From Phyllobates terribilis (taxonomy: Eukaryota): DNA of 64,000 bases. The stretch covers positions 87,110,001 through 87,174,000 of the forward strand of contig NW_027362765.1 in NCBI RefSeq assembly GCF_046119375.1, in the 5' to 3' direction. The position numbers and the translations under genes were made by a program. The notes under the pieces are model-generated. The model saw only the letters and a list, made by a program, of their open reading frames with translations. It did no database searches and had not been told where the DNA came from. Positions 46,713-58,263 of the stretch are shown here, in pieces (positions within the stretch are counted from its first letter, which is position 1; each line of letters starts with the position of its first letter).

Positions 46713-49020
46713 TAGTGACGGCCATATCGATGTCACCCAGCTTTCCCAGTTTCCTACACATCTAGTTCTGTCATTTTACATCACTACTCTTTCACTTTTA
46801 GATGCAGTTATGACGGCCATATTGTTTTGTCAACCATCGTTTTCCAGTCATCTTTATGACTAATTATCTCCTTTTACATCCACCTCTCCTATAACTAGCA
46901 TTTTTTATTCACGGTTCAGGAAAAGCTGGGTATCATCAGCCCTTGTAGAGGTAGTAGTGTCAGCCATATTGGTTTGTCAATCATCTTTTTCCAGCCATCT
47001 TCATGACTAATTATCTCCTTTTACATCCACCTCTCCTATAACTAGCATTTTTTATTCATGATTCTGGAAAAGCTGGGTATCATCAGCCCTTGTAGAGGTA
47101 GTAGTGTCAGCTATATTGTTTTGGCACCCTGCTTTCGTGCACTAATAGGAACTAGTTCCGTCATTTTATATTCACAATTCTTGTACCAAGCATTTGCCAT
47201 TCAGGAAAAGCTGAATATTAGCCCACATTATGGCTTTGGTCGGAGACATATTGATTTGTCACCTAGCTTTCTCAGTCTCTCACCTATATATGGTAGTTCT
47301 GTCATTTTACTCCAACCCCCTTATATCAGGCGGTTTTCATCTACCTTCATAGTTGTACTAGTGCCAGACATATTGGTTTGTCATCCAGCTTTCCCAGTCA
47401 CCTGCACAACTAATTATGCCATTTTACATATACTTCTCTTATATCTAGCATTTTTTATTCCTGGTTCAGGAAAATCTGGGTATCAACTTTTTGTAGAAGC
47501 AGCCATATTGGTTTGTTATCCAGCTTTCCCAGTTTCCTACACGTAGTTCTGTCATTTATATCACCACCCTTTTACTTTCAGGAAAAGCTGTGGATTAACC
47601 CTCGTAGAGGCATTTGTGACCGCCATATTAGTTTGTCACCCAGCTTTTCCAGTCATCTTCATAACTAGTTATCTCCTTTTACATCCACCTCTCCTATAAC
47701 TAGCATTTTTTTATTCATGGTTCAGGAAAAGATGGGTATCATCCTTTGTAGAAGCAGCCATACTGGTTTGTCACCCAGCTTTCCCAGTCACCTGCACAAC
47801 TAATTCTGTCATTTTACATACACTTCTCTTGTATCTATCATTTTTTATTTGTGGTTCTGAAAAAGCTGGGTATCAACCTTTGTAGAAGAAGCCATATTGG
47901 TTTGTCACCCAGCTTTCCTAGTTTCCTACACATAGTTCTGTCATTTTACATCACCACTCTTTTACTTTCAGGACCAGCTGGGGATTAACTCTCGTAGAGG
48001 GAGTTGTGACAGCCATATTGGTTTGTCACCCAGCTTTCCCACATCTACTGTAGTTCTGTCATTTTACATCACCAATTTTATTACCAGGCATTTGCCATCT
48101 ACCATTGTAGATGCAGTAGTTGCGGCCATGTTGGTTTGTCACCCAACTTTCCCAGTATTTTACACATCTAATTCAGTAATTTTACATCCTACGCCTAATG
48201 ATTATCATTCAAGGCTCAGGGAAATTAACCCTAGTCATTGCAGTAGTGGAAGCCATGTTGGTTTGTCACCCAGCTTTCCCAGTCACCTACAAGACTAATT
48301 ACTTCATTTTACACCCACTCCTCGTATCTAACTTTTTATTTCATGAGGCAGTAGTTGCGGCCATATTTGTTTGCCACCCAGCTTTCCCATCCACTACTCT
48401 TGTACCTTGTGCATTTGCCTTTCATATTTCAGAAACAGCTGGAAATTAACCCTAATAGATGCAATAGCGGCGGCCTTGTTGGTTTATCACCCAGCTTTCC
48501 CAGTCACCTGCATGACTCATTCTGTCATTTTCCATCCACCTCTCCTACATCTAGCATTTTTTTGTCAGGTTTCAGGAAAAAAAAACAGTGTATTAACCCT
48601 TATAGAGGCAATAGTGGCGGCCATATTGGTTTATCACCCAGCTTTCCCAGTCACCTGCATGACTAATTCTGCCATTTTACATCCCCTTCTTCTATATCTA
48701 GCATTTTTTTAGTCAGGTTTCAGGAACAACTGTGTATTAACCCTTGTAGAGGCAGTAGTGACAGCCATATTGGTTTGTCACCCAGCTTTCCTAGTCGTTT
48801 GTATGACTAATTCTGCCATTTTACATCCCCCTCTCCTATATTTAACATTTTTTTAGTCAGGTTTCAGGAAAATCTGTGTATTAACCCTTATAGAGGCAGC
48901 CATATTGGTTTGTCACCCAGCTTTCCCAGTCTCTTACACATACATTTCTGTCATTTTACATCCCCCCACATAACATTAGCCATTGATGGCTCAGGGTAAA
49001 GCTGGGTATTAACCCTTAGA
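46713..49020 (+). repeat. Degenerate tandem array, ~18 units of ~100-145 bp, core GCGGCCATATTGGTTTGTCACCCAGCTTTCCCAG
   Basis: The core recurs throughout; most units also contain GGAAAAGCTGGGTA, the inverse of the core. Confidence 0.88.
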
Positions 49021-50879
49021 CTGAGGATATAAGGCAACTTTGGTCGTGTGACAGAACGCTTGCTCGTCGCCATATTTGACCACCTGTACGCCACCACATG
49101 TGACCTGGCTGAAATATATAACTAGTCACACACAACAGCCATGTCACCGTGTAGCCTTGCATTGTGCTGGTTGTTGTGGCCGCCGCCATATTGGTGTGTC
49201 AGCCAGTTTTTCTCAGAAATAGCTATGAGAAGTTTCTGTATTTTTTTTTTATTTTCAGGAGAAAAGGTTCTTTTTGGGAAAGAGGAACACCTGAGATTTC
49301 TTTTTAGGTGGAAGCAGACATGGGTAATTTCAGTATCTCTTCAGAGTTCCTCTTTCTTGTAAGCCAGAAGGAGACGGTCGTTTTTCTCAATAAGCGTGAC
49401 ACACCTCGGAAGGAGGACGTTCTGAGACATATTTTAGTCACAATCTAGTCAGAAAGTCCTCAGCAATTCCCCTAAACGGCTGCTTTTACTATGACAGTCC
49501 CAGATGAATTTCCCCGCTTTTCCCAACCTCTGTCCCATATTGGAGCATCGTAGTCACCGGGGCGTGTGGCAAGTTCAACGGGGCCCTTACATCACACGGA
49601 GCCATTATGCCTTTAATTAATCACTATATAATCATCTCATCATCATTGTGGGCTGCTATGTGAGCGACTCAGGTTTCGCTTTCACACTAAAGCCGCCATA
49701 TAGATTAGATGGCTGTGGGACAAACGATCCTTCGGCCGAATCGGTCGCTATCTCGACCGTCTCGGTCGCTATCTCGACCGTCTCTCCCATACACAGAAGC
49801 GCTCGTTCGGTTGTGCTCTGTGTTCTTTATGAGAAAGACGTTGCCAGACATCTGTACCGGTGGGTTATCTTCGGGGGAACAAAATGATCCATGCGCCCAT
49901 TGGACATCTTCCCCTATGACCAATTTCGAGACCCCTATATACATTGAACTGTCGACTGAACCTGTTGATATCGGCAAGTTCAGCCAACATTAGAGAAAAC
50001 GACAGAGTTCACTCCCACTTAGAGGGGTTTTTCCGACTTTACAAGTTATCCCCTATCCATAACTTGTCTGACCTTTAGGACCTCCAGCGATCCTGATAAT
50101 GGGGCTTTGGAACAAGACTGGGCACCCATCTCGAATGAAGCGCAGATGCGCAAGCTTGGCCTCTGCTCCATCCATTATTTGAGGGTCTTATCAATTAGGT
50201 GTCTAGTTTGAGGTGGTCGAACGAATGGGACCCTCTCAGGTACTGAGAATGGGGGCATGATATATGGACCTAGCCAACTGAGCGAATATATTCCATAGAC
50301 TCTGGCTCCAATCACAATAGATTAACCTCTTAGATGCTGCTGTCAATAATGACAGCGGAATTTAGGAGGTTAGAAACGGGAAATGGGGAGATCACTTCTG
50401 ACATCCATTGTTCGCGCACAACAGGATTACAGGGTGCTGATGGGCTGTTATGGCAGCCGGGGGTCTTCAGTGAGCGCCATACTCCTATGAAGTCCAGACT
50501 TGTAATTATACAATACACAGCAAAAATACGGTACTGCAGTGGATTGTATATGCGATAACGCGATCACCGGTTCAAATCCTCTAATGGTTTCAATAGGCAT
50601 TGTAAAAAAAAAAACATTGAGAAATATTTTAATATATATTTTATAATAATATATCAGTATACCTATATAACAGAAATAAATCTGTGAATCACCCATTTTT
50701 TGCCATAAAGTAGATAGCCGAATCATTAAAAGATAATAATAATAATAATTAACATATTTGTGTATTTGTCCAAACTAAAAAATATAAAAAAAATATTTAT
50801 TTCATACGGCCAACGTCAACATAGAAAAAAAAAGATCAAAATGCCAGAATCTGTGTTTTCAGGTAGCGTCACCTCTCAA

Positions 50880-51133
50880 AAAAAAAAAATAGAATTGCAT
50901 TTATTTTCCCACCCTTTCACCCCACTTAGTATTTTTTTTCCTGATTTTTTACAGTAAATCAGTGAAGTAAATGATGTCATTCAAAACTACAACTTGTCCC
51001 ACAATAAATCAAGCCCTCTTACAGTTATGTAGATGGAGAAAAATACTTAAAAAAGAGTTATGAGTCTTGGAAGAAAAGGAGGATAAAATGAAAACGCAAA
51101 AATAAAAAAATCACCCAGTCGTGAAGGGGTTAG
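50880..51133. mobile_element. Right end of a non-autonomous DNA element; related copy in the AFMID intron (~1280-1512), similar terminus at ~15897
   Basis: Shared ...gtcattcaaa(a/g)ctacaact...gttatgtaga...GTGAAGGGGTTA; left ends not resolved. Confidence 0.5.
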
Positions 51134-51780
51134 AATTTCGAGTAATCTTGATGTTGACTTCAGACCAGGATGTCAAGTCTTCATCACCCAAGGGCATAAC
51201 ATTCTGTGAGACGCCTCAGGTAATGGAAATGAAGTTACTGGAACCAGTACCAGCATTTTTATAGAATGCAAATAGCTAAAAACATGCAGGTAACATGTAG
51301 AAGAATCACTAGGTGGGGGACATTTAAAAAATCCCCAGTAAATATAAGTCTATTTGCTTTTTTTAATCAATCAATACAAGAAAAAGCTTTCCAGAATCAA
51401 TAATTCTTTGGAGAAGACTCAAAGTACAGATTACTGTCGCGTTTCGGATCACAAATGTCCCTCAGTCACAGCATAATGTGTACTCTATGTCTGCTGGATA
51501 TTCATTCATTCATTCATTCATTCATTCATTGGTAACGTAAAAGTATCCGGAGTGACACAGATGTATACTAACGAGGCAATTAGCAGCTTTACAGCTGGGG
51601 CTAAATAGTGACTTAGGCTGCCACACATTTTGTGGCCAAAATTTGAAGCACAATACAGCTGAATAAGTTTTCGTATTGTGACCCCCAGGATACTATGATC
51701 GTGACTAGTGAGTTTCAAAAAGTGATTTATAGAGAAGATCCAAAACACTTCATGATGAAAGAGCATGGTGGCAGCACAGA

Positions 51781-51965
51781 GGCGGCACAGAGGCAGCTCA
51801 GTGGTTAACACAGTAGCTTTACAACACTGGGGTCCTGGGTTCAAATCCCACCACGGACAACATCTGGAAGGAGTTTGTATGTTCTCCCCATGTTTGCATG
51901 GGTTTCCTCCAGAGACATACTGATAGGGAATTTAGATTGTGAGCCCCAATGGGGACAGTGATGAA
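51781..51965 (+). mobile_element. tRNA-derived SINE (V-SINE-like), truncated
   Basis: A-box-like GCAGCTCAGTGG, B box GGTTCAAATCC (51838-51848), V-domain-like GGAGTTTGTATGTTCTCCCCATGTTTGCATGGGTTTCCTCC. Confidence 0.75.
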
Positions 51966-53104
51966 GATGCCTTTTTTTCAACTCACTTTTCTTTTTTGAT
52001 CTATGGTTTTCGCTGACTTTTTTTGTGAAAAATTCATCAAAATGGCTCACAAGATTCATGAATTTTGCGCACTGCCCAAAATTTTCTTTTTTTTCTCTGT
52101 TTTTGCGACTTTTTAGTGGGAAATGGCCATAAAAAAATTCACCAAAATGACTATCTTGCATAAAATCACTCTGGGGGGCTGCAACATATTTTGCAACTTT
52201 TAAAAAGTCATATTTCATGAATCTCTCTAGAACATCTGGAAAAGCTACATTCACGTAAAAATCTGAAAAGATTTTAAGCCAGAAATGGCTTTGATAAGTT
52301 ATTTGCTCAAAAAATGTGCAACTGTTGGCCTTTTTCATGCCAGTTTTGCCCAGCTCTGCCAAGAAGGGATGAATGGGACCACGATGCCACAGCTCGTCTA
52401 ATTCATGACAAGCTGTGGTGTACCTTACGCCAGAAATCTTACTCCAGTCCTTTGACTGGAGTAAGATTTGTGGTGAGGCTCATGGAGGCACATGTCACTT
52501 TTCAGATGCCCCTGATTCATTAAGAGACCTCTCACTTAATGAATCTAGCGCCTATGACTCCAACCCTTATCAAGTTGCTCACACTAGTCTTCATGAATCG
52601 GGGCCTAACTAAAACCACAAAAGACAACATAGAATATTCACTAATTGAGGGGTATTATTCATGCCCCAAAAAATGTTGAAAATGCAATGATGAATCGGGC
52701 CCACAATTTTGGGCTTTGCACAAAATCCATGAATCGCATGCTCCATTTTTATGAATTTTGCACAAAAAACATCAGCGAAAACCACAAGTCAAAAAGCAAA
52801 AGTGACTTAAAAAAAACTCCCGCTAGTGATGAATTGGGTCATTTGTCTTCATGGGCTTGTAGCCGGGAGTCCTGCTCTGGTGTTTGTGTTCTAAAAAGGC
52901 TATGTGACAATTTTTCTCCAGTAATAGAAGCTTTTTTTTTAGCAACACATCTGTGGCTGGTGGTGTACTTATTGTCCTATGGGCCCGATGCAAACATTGG
53001 ACCTTGGCCCCCACCAGCACACTGGTCAAAAGGATAAAGATACTGTAATAATGCCCCACGCCCTGGACCCTTTCTTTTATATTGTTCTTCATCCCAGCCC
53101 CTAT

Positions 53105-53570
53105 CTTGTAATAATGTCTTCCATCCTGCCTTCTATCCTGTAATAATATCCTCTATCTTGCCTCCTATCCTGTAATAATGTCCTCCATCCTGCCTCCTAT
53201 CCTGTAATAATATCCTCCATCTTGCCTCCTATCCTATAATAATGTCCTCCATCTTGCCTCCTATCCTGTAATAATGTTGTTCTCCATCCTGGCCCCTCCT
53301 ATAATAATGTCCTCCATCCTGCCTCCTATCCTGTAATAATGTCCTCCATCCTGCCTCCTATCCTGTAATAATGTCCTCCATCCTGCCTCCTATCCTGTAA
53401 TAATGTCCTCCATCCTGACCCCTCCTATAATAATGTCCTCCATCCTGCCTCCTATCCTGTAATAATGTCCTCCATCCTGACCCTTGTCCTGTGCCCCCAT
53501 TCTGTAATAATATCCCTTGTACTGGACCCCCCATTCTGTAATAATGTCTCCCATCCTGGCCCCATTCTGT
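53105..53570. repeat. 32-bp minisatellite (~14 units)
   Basis: ATAATGTCCTCCATCCTGCCTCCTATCCTGTA. Confidence 0.9.
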
Positions 53571-54216
53571 ATTAATGGCCCTTGTCCGGAGCCCCTTCTA
53601 TTCTTCTCCAGTACATTTAAAAAAGAATAAAACAAATATTCTTACCTGTGCGGCGTCCTCCTCTATAGCTGGCGCAGAAGCTGGCAGCTTACTTCTTCAT
53701 GCACCACCCGACATCGGCAAGCTGACTTCTATTGCCATTCTCTGATTGTCTGGCAGCGCGTATTGCCACAATACATTCCAGCTGAATGTGTGTCCGAGGA
53801 CGCCCACCCAGGTGAAATTGGTGTCAGTGGCTGTGGCCTCAACTCTGCAAAACCTTAGCTAACGTGTCATCATTACACAGTGCTGGTACATATTTATTAA
53901 TGATATCGAACACTCCCGAAATTGTAAACTTTAAGGGCTCATTCAGACGTTCATTTTTTACATATACGAGTTTTTGTTCAGACTTTCATCACAGTGTCTT
54001 CAGAATTTAGTCTCATCAGTTTTTCTCCAATGAGAAAAAAAATCTCCAGCTTCTCCTATCAACCAGTCCGTAAAAAACGGAAAACACATCAATGACATCT
54101 GAGTGCTGTCCAATTTTTTCATGGACCCATAGACTTCCATTGGCGATTTTGATCTGACACTAGGATCGACAAAAATAATCAGATATGTGAACTGTCCCAT
54201 AGACTATCATAGGTAC

Positions 54217-55033
54217 TGTAGCATCGGCGTCTCTGCCCCGTACTAGGCAGAGACGCCGTCCCTCTCACCTCCCCGCTCCAGGCGCGGCGTCCTCCAGCAC
54301 TTCTCTCCCAGCTGCTTCCGGCATGCGCTCCTTCCCCGGCAGTGTGCTTAGGGCGCGCGCGCTCCCCCTCTCTTAAAGGGACTGCGCGCGCCGTCCTAAG
54401 GAGTCCCCGGCCAATTGCCGGAGGACCTCCCATATATAAGGCACCTCCTCCAAAATGGAGGTGCAGGAGCAATGTTGTTGCAAAGCCTTCACTCTGCTTC
54501 AGCCCTCAGGTCCCGTTACCAGTTACCTGCCAGTCACCTGCCAGATTCCTGCTTGTTACCTGCCAGTCACCTGCCAGATTCCTGCTTGATACCTGCCTGA
54601 TATCCGCTTACCTGCTTGCAAGCCTGCGGTCCGACGGTCTGCCTTCCGACACCTGTCAGTCTGTCTATGGACCAGCCTGCCCGCTCACCTGGGAGCGCTC
54701 ACCTACTACCTGTCTGCTAGCCTACCTGGAGGCTCCGCTGTCACGTGCTGTGACCACCTGCCTGTCCAGAGACTCTTGCCCGCTCACCTGGGAGCGCTCA
54801 CCTGCTACCTGCCTGCTACCCTACCTGGAGGCTCTGCCGTCACTTGCCGTGACCACTCGCCTGTCTAGAGACTGTCCCCGTCACTTGCCGTGACCTCCTG
54901 CCCTTCTACCCAGAGACTGTCCCCGTCACTAGCCGTGACTACCTGCCCGCCTTCCCTGGGAGCCACCCGCTTCCTTACAAGGACTGCCCCCTTGTATAGT
55001 TGCTCAGAGGTTCCACCTCCCAGACCCGTTACA
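54217..55033 (+). repeat. 5' LTR (817 bp)
   Basis: TGTAGC...GTTACA; TATATAA at 54433; two 33-bp internal repeats. Confidence 0.96.
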
Positions 55034-55046
55034 GTTTGCTCGGGCC

Positions 55047-55988
55047 ATGGAACCCGGTGGTCCCCAGATCTCCGATCTGCACCAGGAAGTCTTACGTCAG
55101 AAAACTCAGCAGGAGGTGGTACTGTCCTATCTACGGTCCGTTAACTCTCGTTTAGGCGCATTGTGTGACTCGTCTTTGTCTACCTCTGGTCCAGCCGTGC
55201 CCATTCCTGCGGTACCGCAATCCAGTCCCTTCATGGTACTCGACTATGGACCTCGGCTTCTGGCACCTCCACGCTTTGCCGGCGAACCTTCTTTAGCTCA
55301 GGGTTTCATAAACCAGTGCACCCTGCACTTTGAGCTATTGGCATACCAGTTCATCTCCGACCGGGCCAAGGTGGCCTTCATCATGTCCCATCTCACTGGG
55401 GAGGCACTGGCATGGCTAAATCCCCTGTGGGAGAGAGGGGATCCCCTGGTGTCCGACCTGCCGTCTTTCCTCGCTGCTTTCCGAAAAGTCTTCGATGAAC
55501 CTGGACGGAAAACCTCTTCTGCCTCTTCTCTGCTATGTCTCCGCCAAGGGAGTCTCACCGTGGGCCAATATGCCATACGGTTCCGCACCCTCGCTTCTGA
55601 GCTTGCCTGGGAAAATGAGGCTCTGGCATCCGTCTTCTGGGAGGGTCTTTCCGGTCGGATTAAGGACGAGTTAGCTGGTCGGGATATTCCTACCACTCTG
55701 GATGACCTGGTGTCACTAGCTACCCGGATTGGCATCCGGTTCCAAGAACGTGCCAAAGAGACTGCCTGGGAGAAAGACTTTTCTTGCTCTGCTCCTACTT
55801 CCCTGAGACCTGCCTCTCAACCAGTCACTCCGCGGGCGCCCTCGTCTGAACCTATGCAGATCGACCAGACCAAGATGGTCAGATCTCGCCAAGAATCTCG
55901 CCGAGCCGAGGGAAGCTGTTTCTATTGTGGCAGTATGGAGCACTTCATCCGTTCCTGCCCGGAAAAGCCGGGAAACGCCAGTGTCTAG
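55047..55988 (+). CDS. Gag, 313 aa, with CCHC zinc knuckle
   Basis: Open ORF; retrotransposon gag motifs (RAKVAFIMSHLTGEALAW, QGSLTVGQYAIRF), CFYCGSMEHFIRSC. Confidence 0.93.
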   Translation: MEPGGPQISDLHQEVLRQKTQQEVVLSYLRSVNSRLGALCDSSLSTSGPAVPIPAVPQSSPFMVLDYGPRLLAPPRFAGEPSLAQGFINQCTLHFELLAYQFISDRAKVAFIMSHLTGEALAWLNPLWERGDPLVSDLPSFLAAFRKVFDEPGRKTSSASSLLCLRQGSLTVGQYAIRFRTLASELAWENEALASVFWEGLSGRIKDELAGRDIPTTLDDLVSLATRIGIRFQERAKETAWEKDFSCSAPTSLRPASQPVTPRAPSSEPMQIDQTKMVRSRQESRRAEGSCFYCGSMEHFIRSCPEKPGNASV

Positions 55989-58263
55989 GACCGCTCGGAG
56001 AGGTCGTCCTAGACAAAAGTAAGCCCTCTCCGTCTCTGACTTTACCGGTCTCTATTGCTTGGGGAGAAAACCGTCACTTTGAACTCGCCCACCTGGATTC
56101 TGGAGCTGCTGGAAACCTCATCTCCCAGTCTCTGGTAGAGAGATACCGTATTCCCACCAAGCCCCTGGCTGAACCATTGTCAGTCGCCTCCGTGGATGGA
56201 AGACTTCTCTCGGAGACCATCCTGCTCGTCACTGAACCCATAACCCTGCAGGTGGGAATGCTGCACTCTGAGGAAATCTCATTCCATGTGCTGTCCGGAC
56301 TTTCTCACTCCCTGTTGCTAAGTCTACCCTGGCTCCAGACACACGAACCCGTATTGAACTGGCGATCCGGTGAAGTACTCCGATGGGGTCCAGACTGCCA
56401 TAGGACCTGCCTGGTTCCGGTTCGCCCAGCTCGCCCTCCGCCTACTCCAGCTAATTTACCAGGTCTTCCGGCTCCTTACTGGCCCTATGCGGACGTCTTC
56501 GGTAAGAAGGAAGCAGAGACGTTGCCACCCCATAGGCCATATGACTGCCCGATCGACCTGGTACCTGGCACCACTCCTCCTCGTGGGCGTATCTACCCGT
56601 TGTCTGCAGCCGAGACCCGGTCCATGTCTGAGTACATTGAAGAGAATCTGGCTAGGGGATTTATCCGAAAATCTACCTCCCCGGCTGGAGCCGGATTCTT
56701 CTTTGTCAAAAAGAAAGACGGCTCATTACGTCCCTGTATTGACTACAGAGGACTCAATCTCATCACAGTAAAAAACAAATACCCCCTGCCGCTCATCTCC
56801 GAATTGTTTGACCGTCTCAAGGGCGCCAGGATCTTCTCCAAGCTGGATCAACGAGGAGCATATAACCTGGTCCGTATCCGTCAAGGAGACGAGTGGAAGA
56901 CGGCATTCAATACCCGGGACGGTCACTATGAGTACCTTGTGATGCCCTTCGGTCTCTGTAATGCGCCCGCTGTCTTTCAAGAACTAGTCAACGACATCTT
57001 CCGTGACCTCCTGTACTCCTGCGTAGTGGTATACCTGGACGATATCTTGGTCTTCTCTCCGGATCTCCCCACACACCGAAGGGATGTTCGTCAGGTCCTG
57101 CTTAGGCTTCGGCAGAACCACCTCTATGCCAAATACGAGAAGTGCCTCTTCGACCAGACCTCCCTACCGTTCTTGGGCTATGTCATCTCCCAGACAGGTC
57201 TGCAAATGGATCCCGAGAAGCTCTCTTCCGTTCTAAAATGGCCTCGTCCTGAAGGTTTGAAGGCGATACAGCGATTCCTGGGCTTCGCTAATTACTATCG
57301 TCTTTTCATCCCACACTTCTCGTCTCGGACTGCTCCCATATCTGCACTCACCCGTAAGGGGGCTATTCCCAGGACATGGTCGCCTGAAGCCGAGGAGGCC
57401 TTCCTTTCCTTAAAGAAAGCCTTCGCCTCTGCTCCCGTCCTGCACCGTCCGGACTGTAATAAACAATTCTACCTGGAGCTTGATGCCTCCTCCTCCGGAG
57501 CCGGAGCGGTACTCACCCAAAAATCTTCTACCGGGAGAATGGTAACCTGCGGCTTCTTCTCCAAAATCTTCTCCTCGTCTGAGCGCAACTACTCCATAGG
57601 AGACCGTGAATTGCTAGCCATCAAATTGGCACTGGGGGAGTGGCGCTATCTGCTTGAAGGGGCTCTCTACCCGGTAATTATCTACACGGATCACAAAAAC
57701 CTGGCATATCTCCAAAATGCCCAGAGACTCAATCCTCGCCAGGCCCGGTGGTCGTTGTTTTTTGCCCGCTTCGACTTCATTCTTCATTTCCATCCGGCGG
57801 ACAAGAACGTCAAAGCTGATGCCTTGTCCCGGTCCTTCCTGTCCTCCGATCAAGAGGAGGAGCCTACGCACATCATCGACTCCTCCAAGGTGATGAATGT
57901 GGCCCCCTTGGATCTGACTCGTCTCCCACCCGGTAAGACGTTTGTAGCTGTACCAGATCGGGAGAGGGTTCTTCGCTGGGGACATTCTTCTAAACTAGCT
58001 GGCCATGCTGGCCAAAAGAAGACCTTCCAACTCATTACCCGGCATTACTGGTGGCCTTCCCTGCGTAAGGACGTGGTAGACTTCGTCACGGCCTGCTCAT
58101 CCTGTGCCCGTAACAAAGTTCCCAGACATCTTCCAGCCGGCCATCTCCTGCCCCTTCCCGTACCTGCTGCTCCTTGGCAGCACATTGCTATGGACTTTAT
58201 CACCGATCTTCCTATTTCTGCCGGTTGTACAGTCTTTTGGGTTGTCGCTGACCGCTTTCTAAG
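55970..58263 (+). CDS. Pol (protease, RT, RNase H, N-terminal integrase), entered by -1 frameshift
   Basis: LDSGA, YLVMPFGLCNAP, YLDDIL, ELDASS, TDHKNL, HHCC (H-SSKLAG-H...CSSC), AMDFITDL; frame open up to a 1-bp deletion at 58256-58258. Confidence 0.93.

Noticed and set aside
47058-48712. Hydrophobic ORFs with a recurring AAILVCHPAFPV motif, resembling a repeat membrane protein
   Set aside because: The motif is the translated core of the ~120-bp DNA array; frames shift and stop between units.
49741-49782. 21-bp tandem duplication with internal palindrome (CGGTCG-N6-CGACCG)
   Set aside because: It lies inside MITE-like sequence and is most simply a local slippage duplication.
51781-51860. 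tRNA gene
   Set aside because: A and B boxes are present but there is no complete cloverleaf, and it continues into a V-SINE-like body.
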